Shown here: piece after piece, positions 39,381-49,095 of the stretch
Position numbering within the stretch: the stretch's first letter is position 1
Layout of the letters: each line of letters begins with the position of its first letter
Origin: Fibrobacterales bacterium
Lineage (GTDB): Bacteria; Fibrobacterota; Fibrobacteria; Fibrobacterales; JAOPTW01
NCBI GenBank assembly: GCA_051532055.1
Contig: JAOPTX010000008.1
Location: forward strand, 92,346 to 156,345
Direction of reading: 5' to 3'
Length of the DNA stretch: 64,000 nucleotides
Translations under genes and position numbers: made by a program
The notes under the pieces: generated by a model
Seen by the model: the letters and a program-made list of their open reading frames with translations, nothing else
What the model was told of the DNA's origin: nothing
Databases searched by the model: none

Positions 39381-40910
39381 GTGAAAAATAATCTTCTAGA
39401 CATCATTTTCGAGTGCACCAAAGCGCTCAACGACGTGAAAAACACCGAAACCCTCCTCGATGACGTACTTTCTATTTTCAACAAAAACGGCTTTCATTAT
39501 AGCGCCATCAAATTTATTGACCCACTCAGCGAAGAGATCATTATACGATTTGCAAGCGGCCTCCCCGAAGACCAAAAGACAACGAAATACAAACTCGGCG
39601 AAGGGATCACTGGAAAGGTCGTCCAAAGCGGCACCCCTATCATCATCGAAAATACTGGTGAGGATTCACGCTTCCTAAACAAAACTGGGGAAAGCACCAA
39701 TGACAATGACTCATTTTACTGTTTTCCTATTACCATAGATGGAAAAACAATTGGCGCAATAAGCGCCCTTTACAAAGTAACCAACAGCACCGAACACAAA
39801 AACAACATTGAATTATTCGAAACCATAAACCCACTTCTTTGCCAATTTCTAAAAATTAACGAACAATTTAAGTACGACCAAAAAGATATTGAAGAGCAGA
39901 ACCGGTCTCTTAGATCCGAATTAGCCGGTATTAAAAAGAACAACTCCAAGATCATTGGCACCAGTGGCAAAATGACAGTCCTGTACGACCAAATCAATAT
40001 GGTTGTGAATTCAAACGCAACAGTCCTTATTACAGGAGAAAGCGGGACAGGAAAAGAACTCGTAGCCGACGCACTTCATCATGGAAGCTACCGCTCAACC
40101 AAACCCTTCATCAAGGTAAACTGCGCCGCACTACCAGAAAACCTTCTCGAAAGTGAACTTTTTGGGCATGAAAAAGGCTCATTCACCGGCGCCAATTACC
40201 AAAAGAAAGGCCGATTTGAACTCGCCGAAGGCGGAACACTATTTCTCGATGAGATTGGTGAAATCAATCAAAACATACAAGTGAAACTTTTACGATTTTT
40301 GCAATGCAGAGAGTTTGAACGAGTAGGCGGCATAGAAACCATACAGAGCGTTGTGAGAGTTGTCGCAGCCACAAACATGAAACTTGAAGAAGAAGTAAAA
40401 AAGGGAAACTTTAGAGAAGACCTCTATTACAGACTCAACGTATTCCCTATTTATGTCCCCCCCCTCAGAGACAGGCAGACAGACATTACACTCCTCTCTA
40501 ACCACTTTCTTGAGAAATACGCTACGGAAAACGGAAAAGACGTTACAAGAATATCAACGCCCGCCATCAACATGCTCATGTGCTACCACTGGCCCGGCAA
40601 CATTCGCGAACTTGAAAACTGCATGGAACGCGCCATACTTGTATGTCAAAGCGATACCATTAGAGCTTCAGACCTCCCCCCCACTCTTCAAACTGCGGGT
40701 AGCGATATTTCTGAACCTGCACCCTTCCTAAAATCAGACACCTGGACCCTCCCCGAGGCCGTGGCAAATCTTGAAAAAGAAATGATCACGGAAGCCCTTA
40801 AAAACTTCAAGGGCCATCAAGGAAAGGCTGCAAAAGCCCTTGGTGTCACCGAACGTCAGATTGGCTACAAAATACAGAAATACGACATCACAAAAAATGT
40901 CTTTTCCTAG
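39381..40910 (+). CDS. GAF-domain sigma54-dependent transcriptional activator (NifA-like architecture)
   Basis: GAF (GEGITGKV), GESGTGKE, ESELFGHEKGSFTGA, FLDEIGE, FREDLYYRL, WPGNIRELEN, Fis-type HTH. Confidence 0.93.
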   Translation: MKNNLLDIIFECTKALNDVKNTETLLDDVLSIFNKNGFHYSAIKFIDPLSEEIIIRFASGLPEDQKTTKYKLGEGITGKVVQSGTPIIIENTGEDSRFLNKTGESTNDNDSFYCFPITIDGKTIGAISALYKVTNSTEHKNNIELFETINPLLCQFLKINEQFKYDQKDIEEQNRSLRSELAGIKKNNSKIIGTSGKMTVLYDQINMVVNSNATVLITGESGTGKELVADALHHGSYRSTKPFIKVNCAALPENLLESELFGHEKGSFTGANYQKKGRFELAEGGTLFLDEIGEINQNIQVKLLRFLQCREFERVGGIETIQSVVRVVAATNMKLEEEVKKGNFREDLYYRLNVFPIYVPPLRDRQTDITLLSNHFLEKYATENGKDVTRISTPAINMLMCYHWPGNIRELENCMERAILVCQSDTIRASDLPPTLQTAGSDISEPAPFLKSDTWTLPEAVANLEKEMITEALKNFKGHQGKAAKALGVTERQIGYKIQKYDITKNVFS

Positions 40911-40913
40911 ATC

Positions 40914-41312
40914 ATGTCCGACAATTCAGACATTCAAAAACAGATAGACCACCTCAATCGATTCGGAGTCCCTAATAAGGACTCTGAATCTCCTCCCCCC
41001 CCAGTACATCGCCCCAAAAAAAGAGTAAAAAGCCGCAAAACAAGTATCATAGAAATAAATGTAGACTCTGAAATCGACCTTCATGGACTCACGCTCGAAG
41101 AAGCCAAAGCAACAATAGAGCTCGAAATAGACTGCCTCACTAAATCAGGAAGAGACAAACTTCGAATCATTCATGGCGGAAATATGAAAAGACGAGTCCC
41201 CATGAGGAGAACTGTCGAACAATTATTGCAGGGCCCTCTCAAAAAACACATCCTAAAAACATTCAGAGAACATTACAACTTTGGTTCAATCATCGCCATC
41301 CTTAAAATTTAA
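40914..41312 (+). CDS. Stand-alone Smr/MutS2-domain protein
   Basis: IDLHGLTLEEA, RIIHG, NFGS. Confidence 0.8.
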   Translation: MSDNSDIQKQIDHLNRFGVPNKDSESPPPPVHRPKKRVKSRKTSIIEINVDSEIDLHGLTLEEAKATIELEIDCLTKSGRDKLRIIHGGNMKRRVPMRRTVEQLLQGPLKKHILKTFREHYNFGSIIAILKI

Positions 41313-41314
41313 TT

Positions 41315-41472
41315 ACATTTTTGTATATTTATTAAATCCCACTACACATTATACAATGAAATAAGATTATTCAGACAAAAACGTTAGAAATTTCAAAATA
41401 ATGGCCAATTTTCAATTTTAACCCGCTAAACCAGTGATAAACAAATTTGTAAATACCATCATACCAAAATGT
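41315..41472. promoter_or_regulatory. Three ACA-N4-TGT-type boxes upstream of GS III
   Basis: ACATTTTTGT (41315-41324), ACAAATTTGT (41441-41450), ACCAAAATGT (41463-41472). Confidence 0.6.
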
Positions 41473-41651
41473 AGAATACAACTTTTCACACTAAGCCTAT
41501 TTTAGTTTTTTATGCATGAAAACCCTCTTTTTAGCCATTAAACAGCAATTTTATTTTCATAATTAATAAAAAAAATGACTTCAATACGAGAAACTTTGGC
41601 ATAGATTTCTATACTTTCTGTCAACATAATTTTCTAACACGGAATAGATAC

Positions 41652-43823
41652 ATGTCAAGAAACCAATCTCGCGTACAAGCAATGAACATCATTCAGACTC
41701 GTGAACCTGTTGTTCTTAAAGAAACACAAACCCTTGATGAACTTTGGGCAAAAAATGTTTTTACTCTCTCTACTATGCAGAAAGTACTTCCAAAAAATGT
41801 GTTCAAATCAGTTAAAAACACAATCAATACTGGAGATCAACTTGACCTTTCAGTAGCAGATTCAATTGCAAACGCAATGAAAGACTGGGCTGTTGCTCGT
41901 GGTGCAAAATATTACGCACACGTTTTCTATCCATTAACTGGCGCAACTGCAGAGAAACATGATGGCTTTATTGAACCACAAGCTGATGGCTCAGTAGTAT
42001 CTGAATTAAGCGGAAAAGCACTTGTCCAAGGCGAGCCTGATGGGTCTTCATTCCCTAATGGTGGTCTCCGTGCAACTTTCGAAGCTCGCGGCTATACCGC
42101 ATGGGATGTTACATCTCCTGCCTACCTTATGGACACAGCCAACGGTTCAACCCTTTGCATTCCTACCGTGTTTATTTCATGGACTGGAGAAGCTCTCGAC
42201 AAAAAGACTCCACTTATCCGTGCAAATGAAGCATTAAACACTTCTGCAACTCGCGCACTTAAACTTCTTGGATATGAAGATGTCGCACGTGTTGGATCAG
42301 TATGTGGTGCAGAACAAGAATACTTCCTTATAGATTCCGCCCTTGCTTCAACTCGTTCAGATATAAACTTGACTGGCAGAACACTCTTTGGTGCTCCATC
42401 AGCAAAACATCAACAATTTGATGATCACTATTTTGGTGCAATTCCAGAACGCGTTCAAGTATACATGCAAGAAGTAGAAACAGAGCTTTACATTCTTGGC
42501 ATCCCTGCTAAAACACGTCACAATGAAGTTGCTCCAGGACAGTTCGAAATTGCTCCAATTTTCGAAAAATCAAACGTAGCAACCGATCACCAACAAATGA
42601 TCATGACAACACTTAAAAATGTTGCCAAACGCCACAACTTCACATGCCTCCTTCACGAAAAACCTTTTGCAGGAATCAACGGAAGTGGTAAACATGTAAA
42701 CTGGTCTGTAAGTAACACTACACAAGGTAACCTTCTTGATCCAGGTAAAACTCCAGACAAAAATGAACAGTTTATACTTTTTTGTTCAGCTGTAATTCGT
42801 GGTGTGCACAAATTTGGTGGTCTACTAAGATCTGCAGCAGCATCGTCAAGTAACGATCACCGCTTAGGTGCTAACGAAGCGCCTCCTGCAATTATATCTA
42901 TATACTTAGGTTCACAACTTGAAGATATGTTCAACCAGATTCAATCAGGTAAAATTACCGGAATTAAAGAGCAAGATGTCATGGATTTTGGCGTTGGCAC
43001 ACTTCCAGAATTTGAAAAAGATGCTGGTGACCGTAATAGAACTTCACCATTCGCTTTTACTGGTAACCGCTTTGAGTTCCGTGCCGTTGGATCAAACCAA
43101 TCAGTTGCTGGACCACTCATTTCTATGAACACTATCCTTGCTGACTCTCTTGACTGGGCAAGTGACAAAATGGAAGCCGCTATCAAAGGTGGCTCGGACA
43201 TTTCTGCTGCAGTGATGGCCGTAGCCAAAGAGGTCATGGACAACCACAGTGCGGTAATATTTGGTGGTGACGGATATTCTCAAGATTGGCACAAAGAAGC
43301 TGAAAAACGTGGTCTTCGTAACCTCCGTACAACAGCTGACGCCCTTCCAGTACTTAAAGAAGCTGAAGTAATTGAGCTTTTCAAATCAACGAATGTACTC
43401 TCTCCTAAAGAGCTTGAATCACGTTTTGAAGTATATGCAGAGCAATACCTCGAGTCTATCGCTGTTGAAGCTAATGTTATGGTTGAAACTGTTAAAACTC
43501 AGATCTACCCTGCGGCAATGGAATACCTTTCTCAATTAAGTGACACCTACACAAAACTTGGTTCACTAAAAATTGATATCGATACTTCTGTAGCTCAAGA
43601 GATTGTAAAAAATACAGACGCAATGATGAAAGCATGTACTGCGCTTGAAACCGTTAAAGACGAAGAGTCTTTTGATTCAATCGAAGCACACCTTCAACAT
43701 ACAGCACAAAAAATCTGTGTTGCACTCAATGAAGTTCGTACATACATTGATGCACTTGAAGAGATTGTTGCTGATGATATGTGGCCTCTTCCTACATATG
43801 AAGAGATGCTTTTCATTAAATAA
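41652..43823 (+). CDS. glnA: Glutamine synthetase type III
   Basis: 723 aa; TAEKHDGF, GEPDGSSFPNGGLRATFEARGYTAWD, HNEVAPGQFE, HEKPFAGINGSGKH, DRNRTSPFAFTGNRFEFRA. Confidence 0.96.
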   Translation: MSRNQSRVQAMNIIQTREPVVLKETQTLDELWAKNVFTLSTMQKVLPKNVFKSVKNTINTGDQLDLSVADSIANAMKDWAVARGAKYYAHVFYPLTGATAEKHDGFIEPQADGSVVSELSGKALVQGEPDGSSFPNGGLRATFEARGYTAWDVTSPAYLMDTANGSTLCIPTVFISWTGEALDKKTPLIRANEALNTSATRALKLLGYEDVARVGSVCGAEQEYFLIDSALASTRSDINLTGRTLFGAPSAKHQQFDDHYFGAIPERVQVYMQEVETELYILGIPAKTRHNEVAPGQFEIAPIFEKSNVATDHQQMIMTTLKNVAKRHNFTCLLHEKPFAGINGSGKHVNWSVSNTTQGNLLDPGKTPDKNEQFILFCSAVIRGVHKFGGLLRSAAASSSNDHRLGANEAPPAIISIYLGSQLEDMFNQIQSGKITGIKEQDVMDFGVGTLPEFEKDAGDRNRTSPFAFTGNRFEFRAVGSNQSVAGPLISMNTILADSLDWASDKMEAAIKGGSDISAAVMAVAKEVMDNHSAVIFGGDGYSQDWHKEAEKRGLRNLRTTADALPVLKEAEVIELFKSTNVLSPKELESRFEVYAEQYLESIAVEANVMVETVKTQIYPAAMEYLSQLSDTYTKLGSLKIDIDTSVAQEIVKNTDAMMKACTALETVKDEESFDSIEAHLQHTAQKICVALNEVRTYIDALEEIVADDMWPLPTYEEMLFIK

Positions 43824-43848
43824 AAACAATACTTTTCAAACATATTCT

Positions 43849-43875
43849 AGCCACCCAATTTGGGTGGCTTTTTTT
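43849..43875 (+). terminator. Intrinsic terminator after GS III
   Basis: AGCCACCCAA-T-TTGGGTGGC followed by T7. Confidence 0.88.
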
Positions 43876-43974
43876 ATTTCATCTGTATCCAGTTTAAAAG
43901 TGTAATTTGAAGATCCAATTTTTCAAAAACCAATGAATAATACTATTTTTACAGTATCAAACAAAAGGATAGTC

Positions 43975-44538
43975 ATGAAATTTTATAATCTACCTATTGG
44001 TGATGAAGCGCCTGAAATTGTAGAAGCTGTTATTGAAATTAGTAAAGATTCAAATGCAAAGTACGAATACGATACCGTACATGATGTTTTCAGACTTGAC
44101 CGCTGTCTTATGAGCTCAATGAGCTATCCTGCAAATTATGGTTTTATCCCCAGTACCTATGCCGAAGATGGCGATGCACTTGACATCCTTATCTATAATT
44201 CAACACCACTACTCACAGGGACCTGTGTAAAATGCAGGGTACTCGGCGTACTTGATATGACCGATAGTGGAGATAAAGACTATAAAGTACTTGGCGTTCC
44301 CCTTTTCAACCCCAATAATTACACCAATATCTATGATATTGACCCAATGTTTCTCCATGTAGCCAAACACTTTTTCGAACACTACAAAGAACTTGAAGAC
44401 AAAACGGTTGAAATGGGCAACTGGCTTGATGCAAGTAAAGCTCGTGAAATCATTATAGAATCAAATAAAGCATTTCATATAAAGTACCCTGCAGTAAAAA
44501 AAGAACGCGAACTGTTTTACAAACCAACAGAAGAGTAG
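43975..44538 (+). CDS. ppa: Inorganic pyrophosphatase (family I)
   Basis: KYEYD, LDR, YPANYGFIP, DGDALDI, DYKVL, FFEHYK; start ATG 43975 (AAGGA upstream). Confidence 0.95.
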   Translation: MKFYNLPIGDEAPEIVEAVIEISKDSNAKYEYDTVHDVFRLDRCLMSSMSYPANYGFIPSTYAEDGDALDILIYNSTPLLTGTCVKCRVLGVLDMTDSGDKDYKVLGVPLFNPNNYTNIYDIDPMFLHVAKHFFEHYKELEDKTVEMGNWLDASKAREIIIESNKAFHIKYPAVKKERELFYKPTEE

Positions 44539-44563
44539 AACTTTTAGAAGTCTTGTCTGAATT

Positions 44564-45625
44564 CTATTTCAGCGCAAGACTCGCTTGAACTTCTTGAAAA
44601 ACATCATGAACAGAAATAGAACTTAAACACCGATAGTCACCATATTTATGACAATTAAGAGGCTTCTTTGAATATTCAAAACAAGGAGCACACGAGAACT
44701 CTGAGGCTATTACTTTTGAATATTTTGAAAATGGCGCCGCATAAACAGCACTCGTCGGGCCATAGATACCAATAACCGGAACAACTTGAGATGCCGCAAG
44801 ATGCATCATGCCTGAATCATTACTAACAAAAAGATCACATTCTTTAATCACAGAAGCTGTTTGAGGAAGAGTTGTACCCGATAAACATATACCACTTTGA
44901 CCCGCAACATACTTTTTTAGTACTTCTTCTTCCGGACCGCCCACTACAATCACAGTGATACCCTTTTCAGTACAAGCATCGACGAGCCGCTTAAAATGAT
45001 CACGAGGCCACCGTTTATTACTGTGGTTTTTTAGCGTAGAACTCCCCGGGTGAATCCCAATAATTTTACTTACCCCCGGAAGGTTACTGCGAACCCAATG
45101 ATTACCAAAAACTAAATCATCTCCTTCTAATGGAAAATGTAACACAGAATTTTTCACATCACTCGAATGCTCATCTATAGAATCAACCAACCTTAAACTC
45201 TCATAAACATTATGCAAAGCGGGGTCTTTTATAACAGTATGTGAATAGAGAAAATTCAAACTCCCCATATCACCCTGAGGGTACCGATGACCCAATCGAA
45301 TAGTACCACCAATGAGAAGTGACAATAAAGAATACTCTTTACGATTTGCGGGAAAACCCATAATAGTGATGTCAAATTTCTCTTTCCGAAGCTTCCACGC
45401 AAATCTTAGGCTGCTCGTCAATGACTCACTAAAAAAATCCCACAACAACACGGTATCTATTTCTGGTAATTTTTGAACCATTTGAGCAACAGAGCGGTAC
45501 ATAGTGAGCACAGTAATATGCGCATCGGGTACTCTAGAACGCAATTCCTGCAAAGCAGGGGTCATCATAATTGCATCCCCTATCCCTGGCAGGCAATAAA
45601 AGAGAATTTTAGGAGTGCTCTTCAT
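44564..45625 (-). CDS. Glycosyltransferase family 9 (heptosyltransferase-like)
   Basis: GIGDAIM, HPGS...KRWP, SNDSGMMHLA, IYGPT, C-terminal Cys cluster. Confidence 0.9.
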   Translation of the reverse strand: MKSTPKILFYCLPGIGDAIMMTPALQELRSRVPDAHITVLTMYRSVAQMVQKLPEIDTVLLWDFFSESLTSSLRFAWKLRKEKFDITIMGFPANRKEYSLLSLLIGGTIRLGHRYPQGDMGSLNFLYSHTVIKDPALHNVYESLRLVDSIDEHSSDVKNSVLHFPLEGDDLVFGNHWVRSNLPGVSKIIGIHPGSSTLKNHSNKRWPRDHFKRLVDACTEKGITVIVVGGPEEEVLKKYVAGQSGICLSGTTLPQTASVIKECDLFVSNDSGMMHLAASQVVPVIGIYGPTSAVYAAPFSKYSKVIASEFSCAPCFEYSKKPLNCHKYGDYRCLSSISVHDVFQEVQASLALK

Positions 45626-46604
45626 TGCCCTGCTCCCGCTTATGCATTACAAAAAAATAAGCGCCTAATACCGAAATAACCGCAAGAGAAATATATGCAA
45701 GTTCTTGAATCAATATCCCATGAAGCTCTGCTATTCCAACAGCTCCATAGACTTTTGTCGCCGCAATTTCCCGGACTCCATGCCCCCCTATAGAAATAGG
45801 TATCGCTGTAACGATGTCTATAAAAGGAACTAAAAAAAGAAATGTTGACACCGGAAACACCACACCAAGAGAGAGCGCAATAAAGTATTTTGACGAAACC
45901 CGCAAGAGCTGGATAGTAATTGAAAGTGGCAGCAACTTGACCCATACAGAGCCACGCCTATACAGATGAAAACACGACTGAATCTTTACAACTATATCTG
46001 CAATTTTCTCAAGAGACAGCTTACGCAAGAACCTATCGAGAAACAGGCCCACCCTCCTAGAAAAAAGAGCAATCATGAAAAGAATAATACCTCCACATAC
46101 CCATATTGCCGGAAGTATCAAAAAGCCCACGTCTGTGTCTCCATAGAAAAACACTAATCCTGCAATAAGTGAAATTAAACTAATTGCAAACAAGCCAATA
46201 AGTCGATCAAAAAAAGTAGCAGTAAAACTACTACTGTAATGTTCGGTATATTTTTTCATGTCATACACCTTTTTAACATCACCCCCTACATTACCAGGCA
46301 TAAAGTTGTTAAAAAAGAGTCCTACAAAAAAGAGCGTAAAAACCTTAGTAAAAGGTATAGAAACACCTTGATACGACAAAAGCATTCTCCATTGAACACA
46401 GCCGAGCACTAAAGATAAAAGAGTTACCACTACCGATACCACAAACCAACCTACATGAAATTCAATTCCAAGGAGTGCATCAATAAGGCGCTCACCCTGC
46501 AACGAATGGTACAAGCTATTGCCAACTACAGCCAATAAAATAGCCGCAATACACGTTTTAATAATAGTCCACTTACTCACAATAATCTCTAAAAAAAGGA
46601 ACAT
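45609..46604 (-). CDS. Lysylphosphatidylglycerol-synthase-TM / flippase-like membrane protein
   Basis: Multi-TM; GLFFNNFMPGNVGGD, DRLIG, PISIGGHGVRE. Confidence 0.85.
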   Translation of the reverse strand: MFLFLEIIVSKWTIIKTCIAAILLAVVGNSLYHSLQGERLIDALLGIEFHVGWFVVSVVVTLLSLVLGCVQWRMLLSYQGVSIPFTKVFTLFFVGLFFNNFMPGNVGGDVKKVYDMKKYTEHYSSSFTATFFDRLIGLFAISLISLIAGLVFFYGDTDVGFLILPAIWVCGGIILFMIALFSRRVGLFLDRFLRKLSLEKIADIVVKIQSCFHLYRRGSVWVKLLPLSITIQLLRVSSKYFIALSLGVVFPVSTFLFLVPFIDIVTAIPISIGGHGVREIAATKVYGAVGIAELHGILIQELAYISLAVISVLGAYFFVMHKREQGNEEHS

Positions 46605-46621
46605 TTTAATATTGGAATAAT

Positions 46622-47887
46622 TTAGAATTCTATTTTCATATGGGACTTTATTTTTACGTAATTATCTTCAATTGTCATTCTCTCACGGGAAGACACCTCA
46701 AGTCCACTCATCCCAACAAGCCCCAATGCCTTTTCTGCATACACCTCAGCAAGCGTCCATCTATCTGCCGCAGCGAGGCAAGTGGCATAAGTATCAACTA
46801 GCTGATAGTTATGCCATCCGGTCAACTCATTACTCCGGTACGAGTACTCCAAGCCTTCTTTGCTTGAACGTCTCAAAGAATCACCAATAAGGCAACGATA
46901 TATAGCCACATTATTAAGCAGTAAAGGGTCATCACTCCCTGAAGCAATCCTCAGTAATGGCTCTGCATACCGTGTCGCACTATCATAATTTACCTGCAAC
47001 GAATCAAAAGCCCCCATATAATAATTGAGCATTAAACCAGACTTATAATCACCATCATGAGTCATTGAAATTGCTTGATATCCTTTCACGGCTTGTTTTG
47101 GTAAATATTCACCGCTTAACAAGTGATACCCTACAACAAATCGCTCCCGGTCATCACCACCCAACAGTACCCGGTCAACAAGTGCTGCACGGGTATGAGC
47201 ATCACCGTATTCAATTTCATACCCCAACCAATTGGGATGATAAGGAGCCCACACAGTAGAGATCACGAGAAACAACAGACTTAAAAGAAGAAGAATCCTA
47301 CTAACCCACGAAACTCTCTTACGCAAGCGACCATACATCCAACCAAACCCAACACCTAACCCCACCTGAACAACCACAACACTATACATAAACAATGGCT
47401 CAAACTGAATAACCACTGCCAAAGACAAAACAACAATCCACAATTCAAAAGGTCTTACAAAAAAACTCACCAATTCCATAGGTCGGTAACGAACCACAGA
47501 ATAACTCACCCAAAAAAGGGCAATTCCCCATAAACCTGGACTATACCCACCCAACAACAAAGCCCCTGTCTGTTGTATGGCACCATAGGCCCCCAAACAA
47601 ACTCCCGCATACTCAATTGGGCCCATAAAAAACTCATTTTTGCGAGAAAAGCGATAAAAAAAATACAATCCAATCAAATGAAATAGAGCGCCTCCCTCTG
47701 AAACCAGAGCTGAGATTACAACACCAAATGAGCCCCCCCACACCACTTGTAAAGCAACCAATCCAACTTGACTCGAAACCACCCCCCACTGAGACCTTTC
47801 AAACAACAGAAAACATCCAACTAGGAGAGATAACCCAAGGGTAACCCAAGGTAAGGACCCTTGAAATTCTTGATTATTATTTTTCAT
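46622..47887 (-). CDS. Membrane protein: rhomboid-like TM domain lacking the catalytic dyad plus Sel1/TPR-like repeats
   Basis: PWVT, HL, E-x3-G layout; GLWG and VQVG at the expected GxSG and AHxxG positions; C-terminal LNNVA...LVDTYA...AEKAL. Confidence 0.55.
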   Translation of the reverse strand: MKNNNQEFQGSLPWVTLGLSLLVGCFLLFERSQWGVVSSQVGLVALQVVWGGSFGVVISALVSEGGALFHLIGLYFFYRFSRKNEFFMGPIEYAGVCLGAYGAIQQTGALLLGGYSPGLWGIALFWVSYSVVRYRPMELVSFFVRPFELWIVVLSLAVVIQFEPLFMYSVVVVQVGLGVGFGWMYGRLRKRVSWVSRILLLLSLLFLVISTVWAPYHPNWLGYEIEYGDAHTRAALVDRVLLGGDDRERFVVGYHLLSGEYLPKQAVKGYQAISMTHDGDYKSGLMLNYYMGAFDSLQVNYDSATRYAEPLLRIASGSDDPLLLNNVAIYRCLIGDSLRRSSKEGLEYSYRSNELTGWHNYQLVDTYATCLAAADRWTLAEVYAEKALGLVGMSGLEVSSRERMTIEDNYVKIKSHMKIEF

Positions 47888-48159
47888 ATAAAAAAGCTAG
47901 CTAATTAATTTAAAATACTCAAAATAGCTCACCAGGTAATACACTTAACCATGAGGAATTATCACTAATTTAAACACAATTTACTAAAAATGTTATGTAA
48001 ATTTCTTTTTTACAACCCAGTGTCACTATTTTAACGTATAATTCATCAATATTGACACATATTATGACAAATATAATCGCTTTTGCAATATTACAATGGC
48101 AGTATCTTAAAATCGGCCTAAATAGGCTTTAAATGGAGACATTGTAGATACTCTAAACA

Positions 48160-48176
48160 TTGGCACACATTTTGTT
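48160..48176 (+). promoter_or_regulatory. sigma54-like promoter upstream of the sigma70-family gene
   Basis: TTGGCACACATTTTGTT: consensus -24 box with correct spacing, but -12 reads TTGT instead of TTGC. Confidence 0.5.
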
Positions 48177-48204
48177 AAGTGGTGGAGCATACACAGGAGA
48201 CACT

Positions 48205-49017
48205 ATGCATTTCGATTCTAATGATGAAACCCTAAAACGATACCTTGATGATATTCGTAAAACTGCACCTCTCGGAAGAGAAGAAGAGCAGGAACTTTTT
48301 AAACGCGCCAAGAAGGGGAACAAAGCAGCGCGAGCCAAATTGATTTCTGCAAATATGCGGTTTGTTTTAAAAGTAGCCATTCAATACCGCGGATGCCCAA
48401 TCCCCCTTCCGGATTTAGTAAGTGAAGGCGCAATGGGACTTGTACGTGCTATTGAAAGTTTTGACCATTCACGGGGTTTAAAATTTATTTCTTATGCCGT
48501 TTGGTGGATAAAAGCATACATAACTCGTGCCATAAATGAAAATGGCTCTCTCATACGTCTCCCTGCCAATCAGCATTTAAGGGTCCGTAAAGCCCTGAAA
48601 GAACAATCTAAAGGTAAAGAGATCGCAGAGGACATCAGAGAGCTCATACAGCTCGGTGAAAGAGGAATTTCCTTTGACTCACCATTGAAGCCCGACACTA
48701 AAACAACATTTAGTGAAGTACTCGCTGACAACAAGGCCATGAGTCCTGAAGCTGAGTCTGAAATAATGAATATTGAAAACCTTACTCGTGAGCTATTATC
48801 ACAGCTCCCTCCTAGAGAAGCGCGTGTTATTGCTGGGATTTTTGGAATTAACCAAGAAGCTCCACAAACACTTAGAGAAGTTGGTGAATCAATGGGTATT
48901 TCACACGAACGGGTACGCCAGCTTCGTGACCAAGCTCTTCGAAGAATACGCAAAATGAATTCAAAAGACTATCTTAAAGAGAAGTATGAAGGATTCCTTG
49001 AAGCGATCAAAATCTAA
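48205..49017 (+). CDS. Alternative sigma70-family factor (regions 1.2-4, no region 1.1)
   Basis: YLDDI, ANMRFV, DLVSEGAMGL, KFISYAVWWI, IRLP, ERVRQL; ATG 48205 follows AGGAGA. Confidence 0.92.
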   Translation: MHFDSNDETLKRYLDDIRKTAPLGREEEQELFKRAKKGNKAARAKLISANMRFVLKVAIQYRGCPIPLPDLVSEGAMGLVRAIESFDHSRGLKFISYAVWWIKAYITRAINENGSLIRLPANQHLRVRKALKEQSKGKEIAEDIRELIQLGERGISFDSPLKPDTKTTFSEVLADNKAMSPEAESEIMNIENLTRELLSQLPPREARVIAGIFGINQEAPQTLREVGESMGISHERVRQLRDQALRRIRKMNSKDYLKEKYEGFLEAIKI

Positions 49018-49039
49018 CTGAAAAGTTTCATTTGATTTC

Positions 49040-49083
49040 AGCCGGTTCACAAGAGATTTTCTCTAAATGAACCGGCTTTTTTT
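49040..49083 (+). terminator. Intrinsic terminator after the sigma gene
   Basis: AGCCGGTTCA...TGAACCGGCT followed by a T run. Confidence 0.8.
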
Positions 49084-49095
49084 ATATTTACAAAT

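Noticed and set aside
39381..40910. Calling the activator nifA or inferring nitrogen fixation
   Set aside because: No nif genes are in the window, the boxes are not TGT-N10-ACA, and architecture alone is insufficient.
39381..47887. Visible C/A richness of the plus strand as a sign of foreign DNA
   Set aside because: The genes are mostly housekeeping, and the bias fits replication strand skew plus membrane-protein codons; I could not quantify it.
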